NCBI GenBank assembly: GCA_039024555.1
Contig: JBCCQQ010000056.1
Coordinates: 1 to 41,749 of the forward strand
Origin: Cyanobacteria bacterium P01_D01_bin.156
GTDB lineage: Bacteria; Cyanobacteriota; Cyanobacteriia; Phormidesmidales; Phormidesmidaceae
Length of the DNA: 41,749 nucleotides
Direction: 5' to 3'
Made by a program: the position numbers and the translations under genes. Shown here piece after piece: positions 1 to 9,605 of the stretch. Within the stretch, counting starts at the first letter, position 1, and every line of letters starts with the position of its first letter. The notes beneath the pieces are model-generated. The model saw only the letters and a list, made by a program, of their open reading frames with translations. It was not told the DNA's origin and did no database searches.

Positions 1-1137
1 AGGTTTTGCGCTGTACCACTTACTAAATGGAACTTTTGTTTTTTCTAGGAGTTTTATTTCATATTCGTAAGACTCAAATCGACACGTCGTTTCGATCATC
101 TCTTCCATTTCGTCAACGGCCTTGGGCAATTGCTCAAAAATAGCTTCGCGCCCCTCATCCTTTAGGCCAAAGAAGCCTCGCTTAATATCCTCCTGTTCAA
201 TGATTGAAGACGGTAACTGTTTAGACCAATCTTCAATGTCTGATATATCGCCCAAGTTTTCCCGCAAGCTTTTAAAGACTGAGTTCTCAGTCGCAGCAGG
301 ATCTTTCCATTGATAAATGCGTGTTAGGCGAGACAAATCTACTGCGCCCATTAGTTGTGGATGAAGATACATCAATGGATTTGGCGTTAAGAGCAAATCG
401 ACATACTTAACCATTCTCGATTTAACTTTGTGCTTCCCTTCTTCAAAACGGCTACGGGCAAGACCATACTCACCCAGCTCCAGATAGCAACGTGTCTCGG
501 CTATAAAGGCAAGGCATAAGGTAAGTAGATATTCATCTCCAATTTGGCTATGACGCTCTAGTTCCTTATCGGTTAGGTCTGCATAGACATGTTCTGCTTC
601 TAGAAATCGATCAATTGCCTGCATTGCACTGCTGCGCCGATTTTCAGGATCGCTCATTTCAAAGGCGTTACGAGCCAGGTCAAGAGCAGCACGAAAGTTC
701 GCATAAAACGCCAGATCTATTTTTTCGTCTATTTCCTCTAGCTTTTTCTGAAATTGTTGCAACCGTCCTTCAAGTTTTTGAATTTTCTTATATATGACCG
801 CAAAGCCAATTGCAGTCATCCCAAGCGTCAGAAAGCTGGCAGCAGACTGAAACATCACCATATTCTGCAATTGCCCAACCTGTTGACTGATGGCACCTAA
901 ACGCTGTTGTGTAACAGCAGAGTCAGTGGCCTGGACAAGCAAGCGTAAAGCACCTGTTGGATCAACACCGGTAATCGCATCAGCTGGAATATTGGAATTT
1001 AATGCTGCATCTTTCAGCCAAGTTACAACTCGGCCACTCTGATCTTGAATGACACCGCCATTACGGACAAAATCCCCAGCCCTGATTCCATCAGCAATGT
1101 ATTTGGGCATGTCAAACGTCAGTGAAATCGGTGCCAT
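1..1137 (-). CDS. Hypothetical protein (>=379 aa, truncated by the window edge) with one hydrophobic segment followed by a coiled coil and a helical region
   Basis: Translated by hand from the ATG at 1137: MAPISLTFDMPKYIADGIRAGDFVRNGGVIQDQSGRVVTWLKD...ASFLTLGMTAIGFAVIYKKIQKLEGRLQQFQKKLEEIDEKID...SKWYSAKP. No stop codon down to position 1. It is absent from the ORF track, presumably because its stop lies outside the window. Confidence 0.85.
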   Translation of the reverse strand, partial: MAPISLTFDMPKYIADGIRAGDFVRNGGVIQDQSGRVVTWLKDAALNSNIPADAITGVDPTGALRLLVQATDSAVTQQRLGAISQQVGQLQNMVMFQSAASFLTLGMTAIGFAVIYKKIQKLEGRLQQFQKKLEEIDEKIDLAFYANFRAALDLARNAFEMSDPENRRSSAMQAIDRFLEAEHVYADLTDKELERHSQIGDEYLLTLCLAFIAETRCYLELGEYGLARSRFEEGKHKVKSRMVKYVDLLLTPNPLMYLHPQLMGAVDLSRLTRIYQWKDPAATENSVFKSLRENLGDISDIEDWSKQLPSSIIEQEDIKRGFFGLKDEGREAIFEQLPKAVDEMEEMIETTCRFESYEYEIKLLEKTKVPFSKWYSAKP

Positions 1138-1418
1138 AATCAATAATCAACTTCAGCTAGTAGGGACAAACTTCCTAGTTTTCACTGATGTTCTCAACAT
1201 CTCCGGAATAGCATCTGGAGTAAGTTGAGTGTTAGACAACCAAGGCCAGCTATACACGAAGCCAGGTCCTCCGATGTTTTGCATCGGTAATTTAGGATCT
1301 TTGTACTACATATTTTTTTGACATAAATATCAACAACTTTCCCTGATGGATTTAAAGACAAAATGTAGATAATAAGCTGAGCCGAAGTTCTATCGGGCAT
1401 GCATTTAGGGGAGCCACA

Positions 1419-4400
1419 ATGGCGTCCAATTTCGATTTCCTCAGCAACCGCTATCCCACCCTTCACGAGCATGCCACCCATGCCGAGCGGTTGATCCTCT
1501 CTGCCCCCCGTGCCAGCTGCTTCTATAGTCGCTTCACCCTAGAGCAAGCGGTCCAATGGCTCTATGCCAACGACCCATACCTGAGGCTGCCCTACGCCAA
1601 CAGCCTGGGCGCACTGATCCACGAGCAAACCTTTAAAGAAAACCTCAAACCCGGACTCTTCCCAAAAATCCGTACCGTCCACAAAGTGGGCAACCTGGCT
1701 GTCCACGACTCCAGCAAAATTAGTCAGAGAGACGCCCTGCGAGTCGTTGAGGAGCTGTTTCATTGCCTCTACTGGCTGTGTCGCTACTACGCGCCAGACG
1801 GCAAAAATCTAGGCACCCTTACCTTTGACCGCAACCTAATCCCCAAACCAGCTGACGACCAGGCTGACCTTACCCTAAAGCAGCTGCAAGAACTCGAATC
1901 GCGCCTATCCCTGGCCGATGAAATGCGGCAAATCGCTGAAGCCAAGCGACAGCAGACCGAGCAGGAGCTGGCAAACCTCAAAGCCGAACTGGATGCCCTT
2001 AAACAGTCCAACGAAGCCGCTGACGACACCCACGACTACAACGAAGCCGACACCCGCCATTACCTAATCGATGTCCTGCTCAAAGAAGCAGGCTGGGACA
2101 TTCACCAGGATGGCTGGACCGAGGTGGAAGTCAAGGGCATGCCCCCAGCCACAAACCCCACCGGCACTGGCTATGTGGATTATGTTCTGTGGGGTGACGA
2201 CGGTAAACCCCTGGCCCTGGTGGAAGCCAAACGCACCAATCGCAACCCCGTAGAAGGGAAACGCCAGGCCGAACTCTACGCCAACTGCCTGGAGCAGCGC
2301 TATAGCCAGCGACCGGTCATTTTCTATAGCAACGGCTACGAAACCTGGATTTGGGATGATGCCACCTATCCTCCGCGAGCCATCCAAGGCTTTCTAAAAA
2401 AAGACGAACTGGAGCGCTTGATCTTTCGCCGTACCCATCGCAAACGGCTGCATCTGGTGCAGGTTAACTCAGCCATTGTGGATCGCTCCTACCAAACTGA
2501 AGCCATCCGCCGTATTACCGAAACCTTTGACCAGGAACGGGGGCGCAAGTCTCTGTTGGTGATGGCCACCGGTACTGGTAAAACCCGAACTGCGATCGCC
2601 CTGGTGGATGTCTTAATGCGAGCCAACTGGGTCAAGCGCACCCTATTCCTGGCGGATCGCAATGCCTTACTCACCCAGGCGCTACGGGCCTTTAAGCGCA
2701 ATCTGCCTACGGTGACGCCTATTGACCTCACCAAGGACAAGGTGGCCGATAGTGCCAATGTGGTGCTCTCCACCTACCCAACGATGCTCAACGCCATCGA
2801 CCGGGTAGCAGAAGCAGAACGGTTCTTTGGTCCTGGCCATTTCGACCTGGTGCTCGTCGATGAAGCCCACCGCTCCATTTACAAAAAGTACCGTGCCCTA
2901 TTTGACTACTTTGACTCCCTATTGGTAGGCCTGACTGCCACTCCCCGCGCTGAGGTAGACCGCGACACCTATCGCATCTTTGAGCTGGAGCAGGGCAATC
3001 CGTCCTTTGCCTACGAGTTAGACGATGCCATCAAAGACGGCTACCTGGTGCCACCCAAGGGGGTGGACGTGCCATTTAAATTCATGCGTAAGGGCGTCAA
3101 GTTCTCAGAGCTATCTCCCGAGGAGCAAGCCGAATACGAAGAAAAATTCCAAGACGAGGAAACCGGAGTCGTCCCAGACCAGGTGAATGCAGCCGCCCTT
3201 AACCGATGGCTGTTCAATATCAGCACCGTTGACCAGGCGCTGCAGTTGATGATGGAGCAAGGCATCAAAATTGACGGGGGCGATCGCTTAGGTAAGACCA
3301 TCATCTTTGCCCGCAACCATAACCACGCCGAATTTATCGTCGAGCGCTTCGATGCCAACTATCCCAAGTTCAAAGGCAAATTCGCCCAGGTGATCGACAG
3401 CCATGACAACTATGCCCAGAGCCTGCTCGATGACTTCTCAGACCCGGCCAAGGAACCCACCATCGCCGTCTCGGTAGACATGCTCGATACTGGCGTGGAT
3501 GTACCTGAGGTGGTCAATCTGGTGTTTTTTAAGCCGGTCTATTCACTGGTGAAATTCAACCAGATGATTGGACGAGGTACCCGCCTCTGTAAGAACCTGT
3601 TCGGCCTGGGTGAGCATAAAACCGAGTTCCTCGTATTTGACCTCTGTGGCAACCTGGAATACTTCAACCAGCCCATCGAAGAGAAGAATCAAAAGCTTCC
3701 CGATAGTCTCTCCACCCGACTGGTTAAAACCCGCCTGGAATTGGCCCAGACATTGGGGACAAAGAACAGTGCTGATACGGGGGACTTACGACAGAACCTG
3801 CTGGATACCCTTCATCAGCATGTAGCCACCATGGAACCGGATAACTTCCTGGTGCGCTCTCACTTAAAACAGGTGGAAGACTTTTCCAACCGAGAACGCT
3901 GGGATCAGCTCAGCGAGGAAGACACCGAAATAATAGCGGATAACCTGGCCTCTTTACCCAACAGCATCCCCAGCGAAGACCGATTTGCCAAAGAATTCGA
4001 CCTCCTCTGCTTGAAACTCCAGCTAGCTGTGCTCAAACAGTCTGCCGACTTTATCCGCCTGCGGGATAAGGTGCGAGACCTGATGGCCAAGCTGGAAGAC
4101 AAGAAAACCATCCCCATGGTCCAGGCACAGCTCACCCTGATCGAGGAAATTCAACCTGAGGACTGGTGGACCAACGTCACCCCCGCCATGATTGAGCATG
4201 TTCGCTGCAGTCTACGGGACCTGATCAAGTTCATCGATCGCCAGTCCCAGACCATCGTCTACACCAACTTTGCCGACCAAATGGGCCGGGTCAAAGAAGC
4301 TGAGGTGCCTGTCTATCAGCCTGGCTTTAGCCCGTATCAGTATCGAAAGAAGGTTGAAACCTATATTCGGGCAAATGAAAATCATGTTGCGATCGCCAAG

Positions 4401-4820
4401 CTCAAGCGCAATCTGCCCCTGACTGAGCCCGATTTAGAAGCCTTGGAAACCATGCTGTTCGGTGCTGAGGAAATCGAAAGCCGGAAGCGGTTTGAGGAGG
4501 TCTACGGCAAAGACCTGAGCTTGAAGCTGTTTATACGGAAGCTGGTGGGTTGCGATCGCAATGCCGCTAAAGAAGCCTTTTCCAACTACCTGGTGGGTAA
4601 TAGCATGAGTGCTAACCAGATCCGCTTTATCGAAAATATAATCGACTACCTGACCCAGAACGGTGTCATGGATCCTGGCCTACTTTACGAGCCACCCTTC
4701 ACCGAGCTGCATGATGAGGGGCTAGATGGCATTTTTCAAGACAATGACGCAGATCAAATTATCAACATTGTTCATTCATTTAACAAAACCGTAGAGGCAA
4801 ACTTTGAAGTTGCGTCGTAA
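1419..4820 (+). CDS. hsdR: Type I restriction-modification system restriction subunit R (EcoKI/EcoEI-like, with DUF4145-like N-terminus)
   Basis: 1133 aa. PD-(D/E)xK nuclease motif YVDYVL...LVEAKR, Walker A MATGTGKT, DEAH box (DEAHRS), LTATP, MLDTGVDVP, QMIGRGTRL and an EcoEI-R-type C-terminus. RBS GGGGAG lies upstream. Confidence 0.93.
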   Translation: MASNFDFLSNRYPTLHEHATHAERLILSAPRASCFYSRFTLEQAVQWLYANDPYLRLPYANSLGALIHEQTFKENLKPGLFPKIRTVHKVGNLAVHDSSKISQRDALRVVEELFHCLYWLCRYYAPDGKNLGTLTFDRNLIPKPADDQADLTLKQLQELESRLSLADEMRQIAEAKRQQTEQELANLKAELDALKQSNEAADDTHDYNEADTRHYLIDVLLKEAGWDIHQDGWTEVEVKGMPPATNPTGTGYVDYVLWGDDGKPLALVEAKRTNRNPVEGKRQAELYANCLEQRYSQRPVIFYSNGYETWIWDDATYPPRAIQGFLKKDELERLIFRRTHRKRLHLVQVNSAIVDRSYQTEAIRRITETFDQERGRKSLLVMATGTGKTRTAIALVDVLMRANWVKRTLFLADRNALLTQALRAFKRNLPTVTPIDLTKDKVADSANVVLSTYPTMLNAIDRVAEAERFFGPGHFDLVLVDEAHRSIYKKYRALFDYFDSLLVGLTATPRAEVDRDTYRIFELEQGNPSFAYELDDAIKDGYLVPPKGVDVPFKFMRKGVKFSELSPEEQAEYEEKFQDEETGVVPDQVNAAALNRWLFNISTVDQALQLMMEQGIKIDGGDRLGKTIIFARNHNHAEFIVERFDANYPKFKGKFAQVIDSHDNYAQSLLDDFSDPAKEPTIAVSVDMLDTGVDVPEVVNLVFFKPVYSLVKFNQMIGRGTRLCKNLFGLGEHKTEFLVFDLCGNLEYFNQPIEEKNQKLPDSLSTRLVKTRLELAQTLGTKNSADTGDLRQNLLDTLHQHVATMEPDNFLVRSHLKQVEDFSNRERWDQLSEEDTEIIADNLASLPNSIPSEDRFAKEFDLLCLKLQLAVLKQSADFIRLRDKVRDLMAKLEDKKTIPMVQAQLTLIEEIQPEDWWTNVTPAMIEHVRCSLRDLIKFIDRQSQTIVYTNFADQMGRVKEAEVPVYQPGFSPYQYRKKVETYIRANENHVAIAKLKRNLPLTEPDLEALETMLFGAEEIESRKRFEEVYGKDLSLKLFIRKLVGCDRNAAKEAFSNYLVGNSMSANQIRFIENIIDYLTQNGVMDPGLLYEPPFTELHDEGLDGIFQDNDADQIINIVHSFNKTVEANFEVAS

Positions 4821-4831
4821 ATTTACGACGC
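4812..4831. terminator. Perfect 20-bp palindrome overlapping the hsdR stop codon (possible terminator or protein-binding site)
   Basis: GCGTCGTAAATTTACGACGC is fully self-complementary. There is no U-tract. Confidence 0.4.
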
Positions 4832-4955
4832 TGATCTTACTGACAGAATCTGTGTGCTCGATAGTACGTGAGCCAATATCGTCAACATAGTTCTTGGGTT
4901 TAGAGTCTTTACAGGTGATGATTAAAACATAACCATCCATTACACCTGGGCTTGT

Positions 4956-5729
4956 ATGTTCAACCTGCTGATTGGCGAATTAAAGCGTACCTGGATTCAA
5001 TTTATTCGTTACCCTAGCGAAATTATTGGCGGCGTAATCATCATTACCACTGTTTTCTACGGTTTGTTTATCAGCGCTCAGTATATGGCCGGTCCCGCCA
5101 TGAACTTTGGCGATCGCCTCGATTCCGTCGTCGTCGGCTATGTCCTCTGGACCCTAGCGCTCTATATCGTCAACGACATTGCCTTTAATATTCAATCAGA
5201 AGCCCAGACCGGGACCCTGGAACAGATTTTTCTATCCCCCTTTGCAGCACCCAAAATCTTTTTCGCTCGCGCTGTTGCCAGCCTGGCCCTGCGAATGACC
5301 ATCATTGTGTTCATTCTGTTTATCCTCATGGGCATTACCGGTAGCCAACTGTCGTTTCCGCTGGGTCTAATTTTTCCATTACTCACCCTATTAATGGCCG
5401 CCTATGGTTTGGCCTTTATCATGGGCTCTTGTGCCCTAATCTTCAAGAAAATACAACAGATTTTACCCATCTTTCAGTTTGCCCTCCTGTTTTTACTCGC
5501 TGCACCCACAGAAGAATGGAACGGTCAGGCTAAACTAGTTGCCAACTTTTTGCCCATGTTGCCAAGCACAGGACTCCTGAGAGATCTTATGGCCCGTGGG
5601 GAAGGGCTGGACACCATAATGCTAGGCGTAGCGCTGCTCAACGGATTAGCCTACTTTGGCCTCGGTTTAGTTGTATTTGGCTGGGCCGAACGACAGGCAA
5701 AACGCAAGGGTATTTTGGGTGGTTATTAA
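4956..5729 (+). CDS. ABC-2 type transporter permease
   Basis: 257 aa with about 6 TM helices and an E..TGTLEQIFLSP motif typical of ABC-2 permeases. Confidence 0.85.
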   Translation: MFNLLIGELKRTWIQFIRYPSEIIGGVIIITTVFYGLFISAQYMAGPAMNFGDRLDSVVVGYVLWTLALYIVNDIAFNIQSEAQTGTLEQIFLSPFAAPKIFFARAVASLALRMTIIVFILFILMGITGSQLSFPLGLIFPLLTLLMAAYGLAFIMGSCALIFKKIQQILPIFQFALLFLLAAPTEEWNGQAKLVANFLPMLPSTGLLRDLMARGEGLDTIMLGVALLNGLAYFGLGLVVFGWAERQAKRKGILGGY

Positions 5730-5803
5730 GCAACTGTAGCTAATCATCCTGCATTAAAAACATAGCTGCCTTAACCTAAATTGCAACGTGTTTTAGATAA
5801 GCT

Positions 5804-6427
5804 ATGACATTTTGGGCTGGATGGTTAACAGTATTCGTAGTTGGCTTGGTGGCTGTGGTTACACCAGGTCCAGATTTTGCGCTGACGCTGCGCAGCAGTT
5901 TAGCCTACTCTCGTCGGGCAGGTGTCTATACAGCGGTAGGCATTGGTTTGGGAAATGCCATCCATGCCACATACTGTCTCATTGGCATTGGTGCCATTAT
6001 TTCCCAGTCGATTTTGTTATTTAGCGCCATTAAGCTACTGGGTGCAGGGTATTTAATTTATCTAGGCATAAAGTCTCTCCAGGCCAAGCCAGCTAAAACA
6101 GACTCTTTTGAAGACAACCGACGAATTGTCAGTGCCTTCGCTGCGTTTCGGCTAGGGTTATTTGGCAATCTCCTTAACCCAAAAGCAACACTGTTTTTCT
6201 TAGCACTGTTCACCCAAATTATTCAGCCAGAGACACCACTGCTAACCCAAGCGCTCTATGGGGGTACGGTGGCGCTTCAATCGCTAGTGTGGTTTGCCTT
6301 ACTTGCCCTACTGATTTCTCAAGGCTGGGTAAAGCAGCTGTTGGTGAATGTTTCCCACTGGCTAGAGCGGGTGACCGGGGCTTTATTAGTTTTGTTAGGG
6401 TTGCGGCTGGCACTTTCTGAACGTTAG
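5804..6427 (+). CDS. LysE/RhtB family amino-acid exporter
   Basis: TPGPDF motif, GAGYLIYLG and NLLNPKA..FFLALF, in a hydrophobic 207-aa protein. Confidence 0.92.
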   Translation: MTFWAGWLTVFVVGLVAVVTPGPDFALTLRSSLAYSRRAGVYTAVGIGLGNAIHATYCLIGIGAIISQSILLFSAIKLLGAGYLIYLGIKSLQAKPAKTDSFEDNRRIVSAFAAFRLGLFGNLLNPKATLFFLALFTQIIQPETPLLTQALYGGTVALQSLVWFALLALLISQGWVKQLLVNVSHWLERVTGALLVLLGLRLALSER

Positions 6428-7881
6428 CGCGTCTGAAACATGCTGAGGCTAAAGGTGTAGACGTATCCAGCGAGGAATAAAACTAGAAATGGTAGAGAGA
6501 GATAATGGTGATTGATGAGCGCGATCGCAATCGTCACCACCAAATACATCACCATAGTTAACTCCAAATACGGCACCCAGTTCTTTGCCGCCCGATATTT
6601 CTTATCAAACCAGCGCTCTGTCGTGGTTAAAATGCCATGCTTGGGCGTACGCACAAAATCATTGTTGTGCCCCCACAAACCATCACATACCGCCAAGGAC
6701 TGGTTAACGCTCAAACCAATCCCTACCCCCATCATCAATAAAAGGTTTCTTAGCAGCTTCCAGGAGAGCCAGTTATCCTCCGGCTGGCGTTGAGCAACCA
6801 GATAAAACCCCACTAAGCTAAAGCTAGTAATTAGCGAAAGAGGTCCATAGAAGAAGACGGCATACTGCCAGCTGTAGGGCATCACATAAAGCTGGTATGG
6901 CAGAGAGAGAAATAGCAACAACAACATTAGTAAATAGTTAAAGTTGTTGGTCAGGTGAAAAAATGCCTCCCACTTAATATGGACAGGAAAATTAGCTCTC
7001 ATAATAGACGGCAACAACAACTTAGCCACCTGACTTGACCCCTTAGCCCAGCGAAACTGCTGGGACTTAAACGCATTCATTTCCATGGGGAGTTCTGCTG
7101 GCACCTGAATCTCCGGTAAATAAATGCACTGCCATCCCTGCATCTGAGCCCGATAGGATAAATCTAAATCTTCAGTTACGGTGGCATGTTGCCATCCACC
7201 AGCATCGGTAATCGCAAGCCTACGCCAAATGCCAGCGGTCCCATTGAAGTTAAAAAAGCACCCCGTACGGCTACGAGAGGTCTGTTCAGCCACAAAATGA
7301 CCGTCTAACATGAGTGCCTGCAGCTCTGTGAGCGATGAATAGCCACGATTTAGATGGCTCCACCGCGCCTGTACCATCCCCACCTGCGGATCAACAAAGT
7401 AATGCACCATGTTTTGCAGGATGTCGGGCGGTGGTACAAAGTCAGCATCAAAAATGGCCACAAGGTCTCCCGTACATTGCTCTAATCCATGGGCCAAAGC
7501 CCCGGCCTTAAAGCCTTGGCGCTGCTGACGATGAATATGATGAATATGGAGTTTTTGTTGTAACCCCTCGACTATCTGTTGACATACCAGTCGGGTCTCA
7601 TCAGTCGAATCATCGAGTACCTGAACTTCTAACTTTTCCGTTGGGTAATCCAGCTTAGAAACAGCCTGGAGCAAGCGTTCTACCACATTGATTTCGTTAA
7701 AAATAGGTAACTGGATAGTAATGCGAGGTAGCTCAGTCTCTGAATAATAGCGAGCAGGGACGGGCGTACGATAACGATGATGGTAAAACCTCCAGATAAT
7801 TAGTAGTCGATGGCAGCTATACAGGGCAATAATACAGAGCAGTAGGTCGTAAACACGAGTGACCAAATCGGACAGTTGCAT
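6424..7881 (-). CDS. Processive glycosyltransferase family 2 (cellulose synthase-like / CslA-type)
   Basis: QLPIFNE, DDSTD, FKAGAL, FDADF (DxD), TEDLD and QQFRW (QxxRW) motifs, with N- and C-terminal TM helices. Confidence 0.9.
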   Translation of the reverse strand: MQLSDLVTRVYDLLLCIIALYSCHRLLIIWRFYHHRYRTPVPARYYSETELPRITIQLPIFNEINVVERLLQAVSKLDYPTEKLEVQVLDDSTDETRLVCQQIVEGLQQKLHIHHIHRQQRQGFKAGALAHGLEQCTGDLVAIFDADFVPPPDILQNMVHYFVDPQVGMVQARWSHLNRGYSSLTELQALMLDGHFVAEQTSRSRTGCFFNFNGTAGIWRRLAITDAGGWQHATVTEDLDLSYRAQMQGWQCIYLPEIQVPAELPMEMNAFKSQQFRWAKGSSQVAKLLLPSIMRANFPVHIKWEAFFHLTNNFNYLLMLLLLFLSLPYQLYVMPYSWQYAVFFYGPLSLITSFSLVGFYLVAQRQPEDNWLSWKLLRNLLLMMGVGIGLSVNQSLAVCDGLWGHNNDFVRTPKHGILTTTERWFDKKYRAAKNWVPYLELTMVMYLVVTIAIALINHHYLSLPFLVLFLAGYVYTFSLSMFQTR

Positions 7882-8098
7882 ATGTAGCTGCGGTTAGGGT
7901 GGGTCCAGAGGCATTATAGTCAGCAAACCAATGCCAATGCTGGGAAGAAGCTGGTTAGAAGATGAGCAGTTGCTGATTTATCAGAAAAACAACCGATAAA
8001 ATCTTTCTAGGTGCAGAATTTGAAAGCTGAAATTATCTCGAACTTCAGCAGCACCGCAGATTCATACTGGCTAGAACACTGCTTTTGGAGAAACGGCT

Positions 8099-9454
8099 AT
8101 GGCTATTTTAGGAGGGCTGCTGGCGACGTTTGTATTGTTGTTGATCAGCGTATCTAGGGGGGTGTCTCTAGTATGGCCATTAGGCGGTGCGATCGCGCTC
8201 TTTACAATCATCCATCGTTGTCGAGGGTATACCCTAGCTACCCTCAGCCAGTTTTGCTGGCAGGGGGCAAAACAATCTTGGCCCGTGTTTAGTATTTTGC
8301 TACTCATCGGTGCCCTAATGAGTTCCTGGCTAGCCGCAGGTACAGTTCCAGCCTTGGTCTACTACGGTACTCAGCTAATTCATCCACAGTACTTTATTCT
8401 CTCCGCCTTTATTCTCACAGCCCTGGTTTCTACACTGCTTGGGACATCCTTTGGTGCTGTTGGCACGGTGGGTCTGGCTTTAATGATTATGGCCCGTGGT
8501 AGCAGTACACCTTCAGCCCTAAACTTAACAGCTGGGGCGATTATTGCTGGAGCCTACGTTGGCGATCGCTGCTCCCCCTTATCGTCCAGTGCCCACTTAA
8601 TTGCCACAGTCACCCATACTCCCATTTATCAAAACCTCAAGCAGATGCTGTTCACCTCCCTGGTGCCGCTACTGCTATCGGGACTATTTTATGGTGTACT
8701 CTCTCGGTATTATCCCCTAAATATTTCTCAGCCATCTCCCATTAGCCAACAGCTAACGGAGGTATTTCATCTAACGGGCTTCGTACTTTTACCCGCATTG
8801 TTGGTAGTTGTGTTAGCCAGTTTTCGAATAAATGTCAAACTGACCATCGGTCTAAGCTGGCTACTAGCTTCTAGTCTAGCCATCCTAGAACAGTCTTACA
8901 GCGTAGCCGATGTGTTGAATTTCACCCTATGGGGTTTTGAGATAGGTGAGCACCCTGCTCTGTCAGCTATTCTGGGAGGTGGTGGTTTGTGGGCCATGCT
9001 TCAAGTATGCATCGTCGTACTACTGTCCACGACATTATCAGGACTTTTAACCGGTACACAGAGCCTAAAGCCTGTTAGCCAGTGGCTCCAGAAAGCACGA
9101 CAGTATCGGGCTCTATTTATCGGCACTTCCCTCATCAGTCTTGTGGCCGGTGCCTTCGGCTGTACCCAGACGATTACCATCTTGCTCACCCATCAGCTAG
9201 TCACTTCTGAATATCGACAGCGAAGGTTTAGTCAGAATCAGCTAGCCCTAGATCTAGAAAATACAGCGGTTGTTTTAGCACCACTGATCCCTTGGAACAT
9301 TGCTGGATTAGTCCCTGCCACATTGTTAATGGTGGGGCCGGGCTTTATTCCCTTTGCGGTGTATCTCTATGTTATTCCCCTGTATAACTGGCTATGGCCC
9401 AATAGTTTTGGAATATCTCCTGCAGCATCTACCCCAACCTCTTCCTATCACTAG
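8099..9454 (+). CDS. nhaC: Na+/H+ antiporter NhaC family protein
   Basis: W..AGTVP.L..YG, GTSFG..GT.G, GAYVGDRCSPLSS and PLIPWN motifs in a polytopic membrane protein. Confidence 0.85.
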   Translation: MAILGGLLATFVLLLISVSRGVSLVWPLGGAIALFTIIHRCRGYTLATLSQFCWQGAKQSWPVFSILLLIGALMSSWLAAGTVPALVYYGTQLIHPQYFILSAFILTALVSTLLGTSFGAVGTVGLALMIMARGSSTPSALNLTAGAIIAGAYVGDRCSPLSSSAHLIATVTHTPIYQNLKQMLFTSLVPLLLSGLFYGVLSRYYPLNISQPSPISQQLTEVFHLTGFVLLPALLVVVLASFRINVKLTIGLSWLLASSLAILEQSYSVADVLNFTLWGFEIGEHPALSAILGGGGLWAMLQVCIVVLLSTTLSGLLTGTQSLKPVSQWLQKARQYRALFIGTSLISLVAGAFGCTQTITILLTHQLVTSEYRQRRFSQNQLALDLENTAVVLAPLIPWNIAGLVPATLLMVGPGFIPFAVYLYVIPLYNWLWPNSFGISPAASTPTSSYH

Positions 9455-9605
9455 AGATAGGCCTACTAGCAGAAAGAACCTAAGTTGGTCATTGGCCTGT
9501 TAGTTTGTCAAACGTCAGAGGCACTATGGATTAGTCAGGGTGTCGATGAGCCTCCGGGACGATGGCTCGAAAGCTTCAAACCGATGTACTGCCTTCTGTC
9601 GCCCT

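Noticed and set aside
122..797. Short + strand ORFs 122-313 and 615-797
   Set aside because: They are antisense shadows of the long minus-strand ORF 1-1137.
1194..4135. Small ORFs overlapping hsdR (1194-1481, 1539-1763, 1787-2029 and others)
   Set aside because: Antisense or alternate-frame ORFs within or overlapping a well-supported gene, with no motifs.
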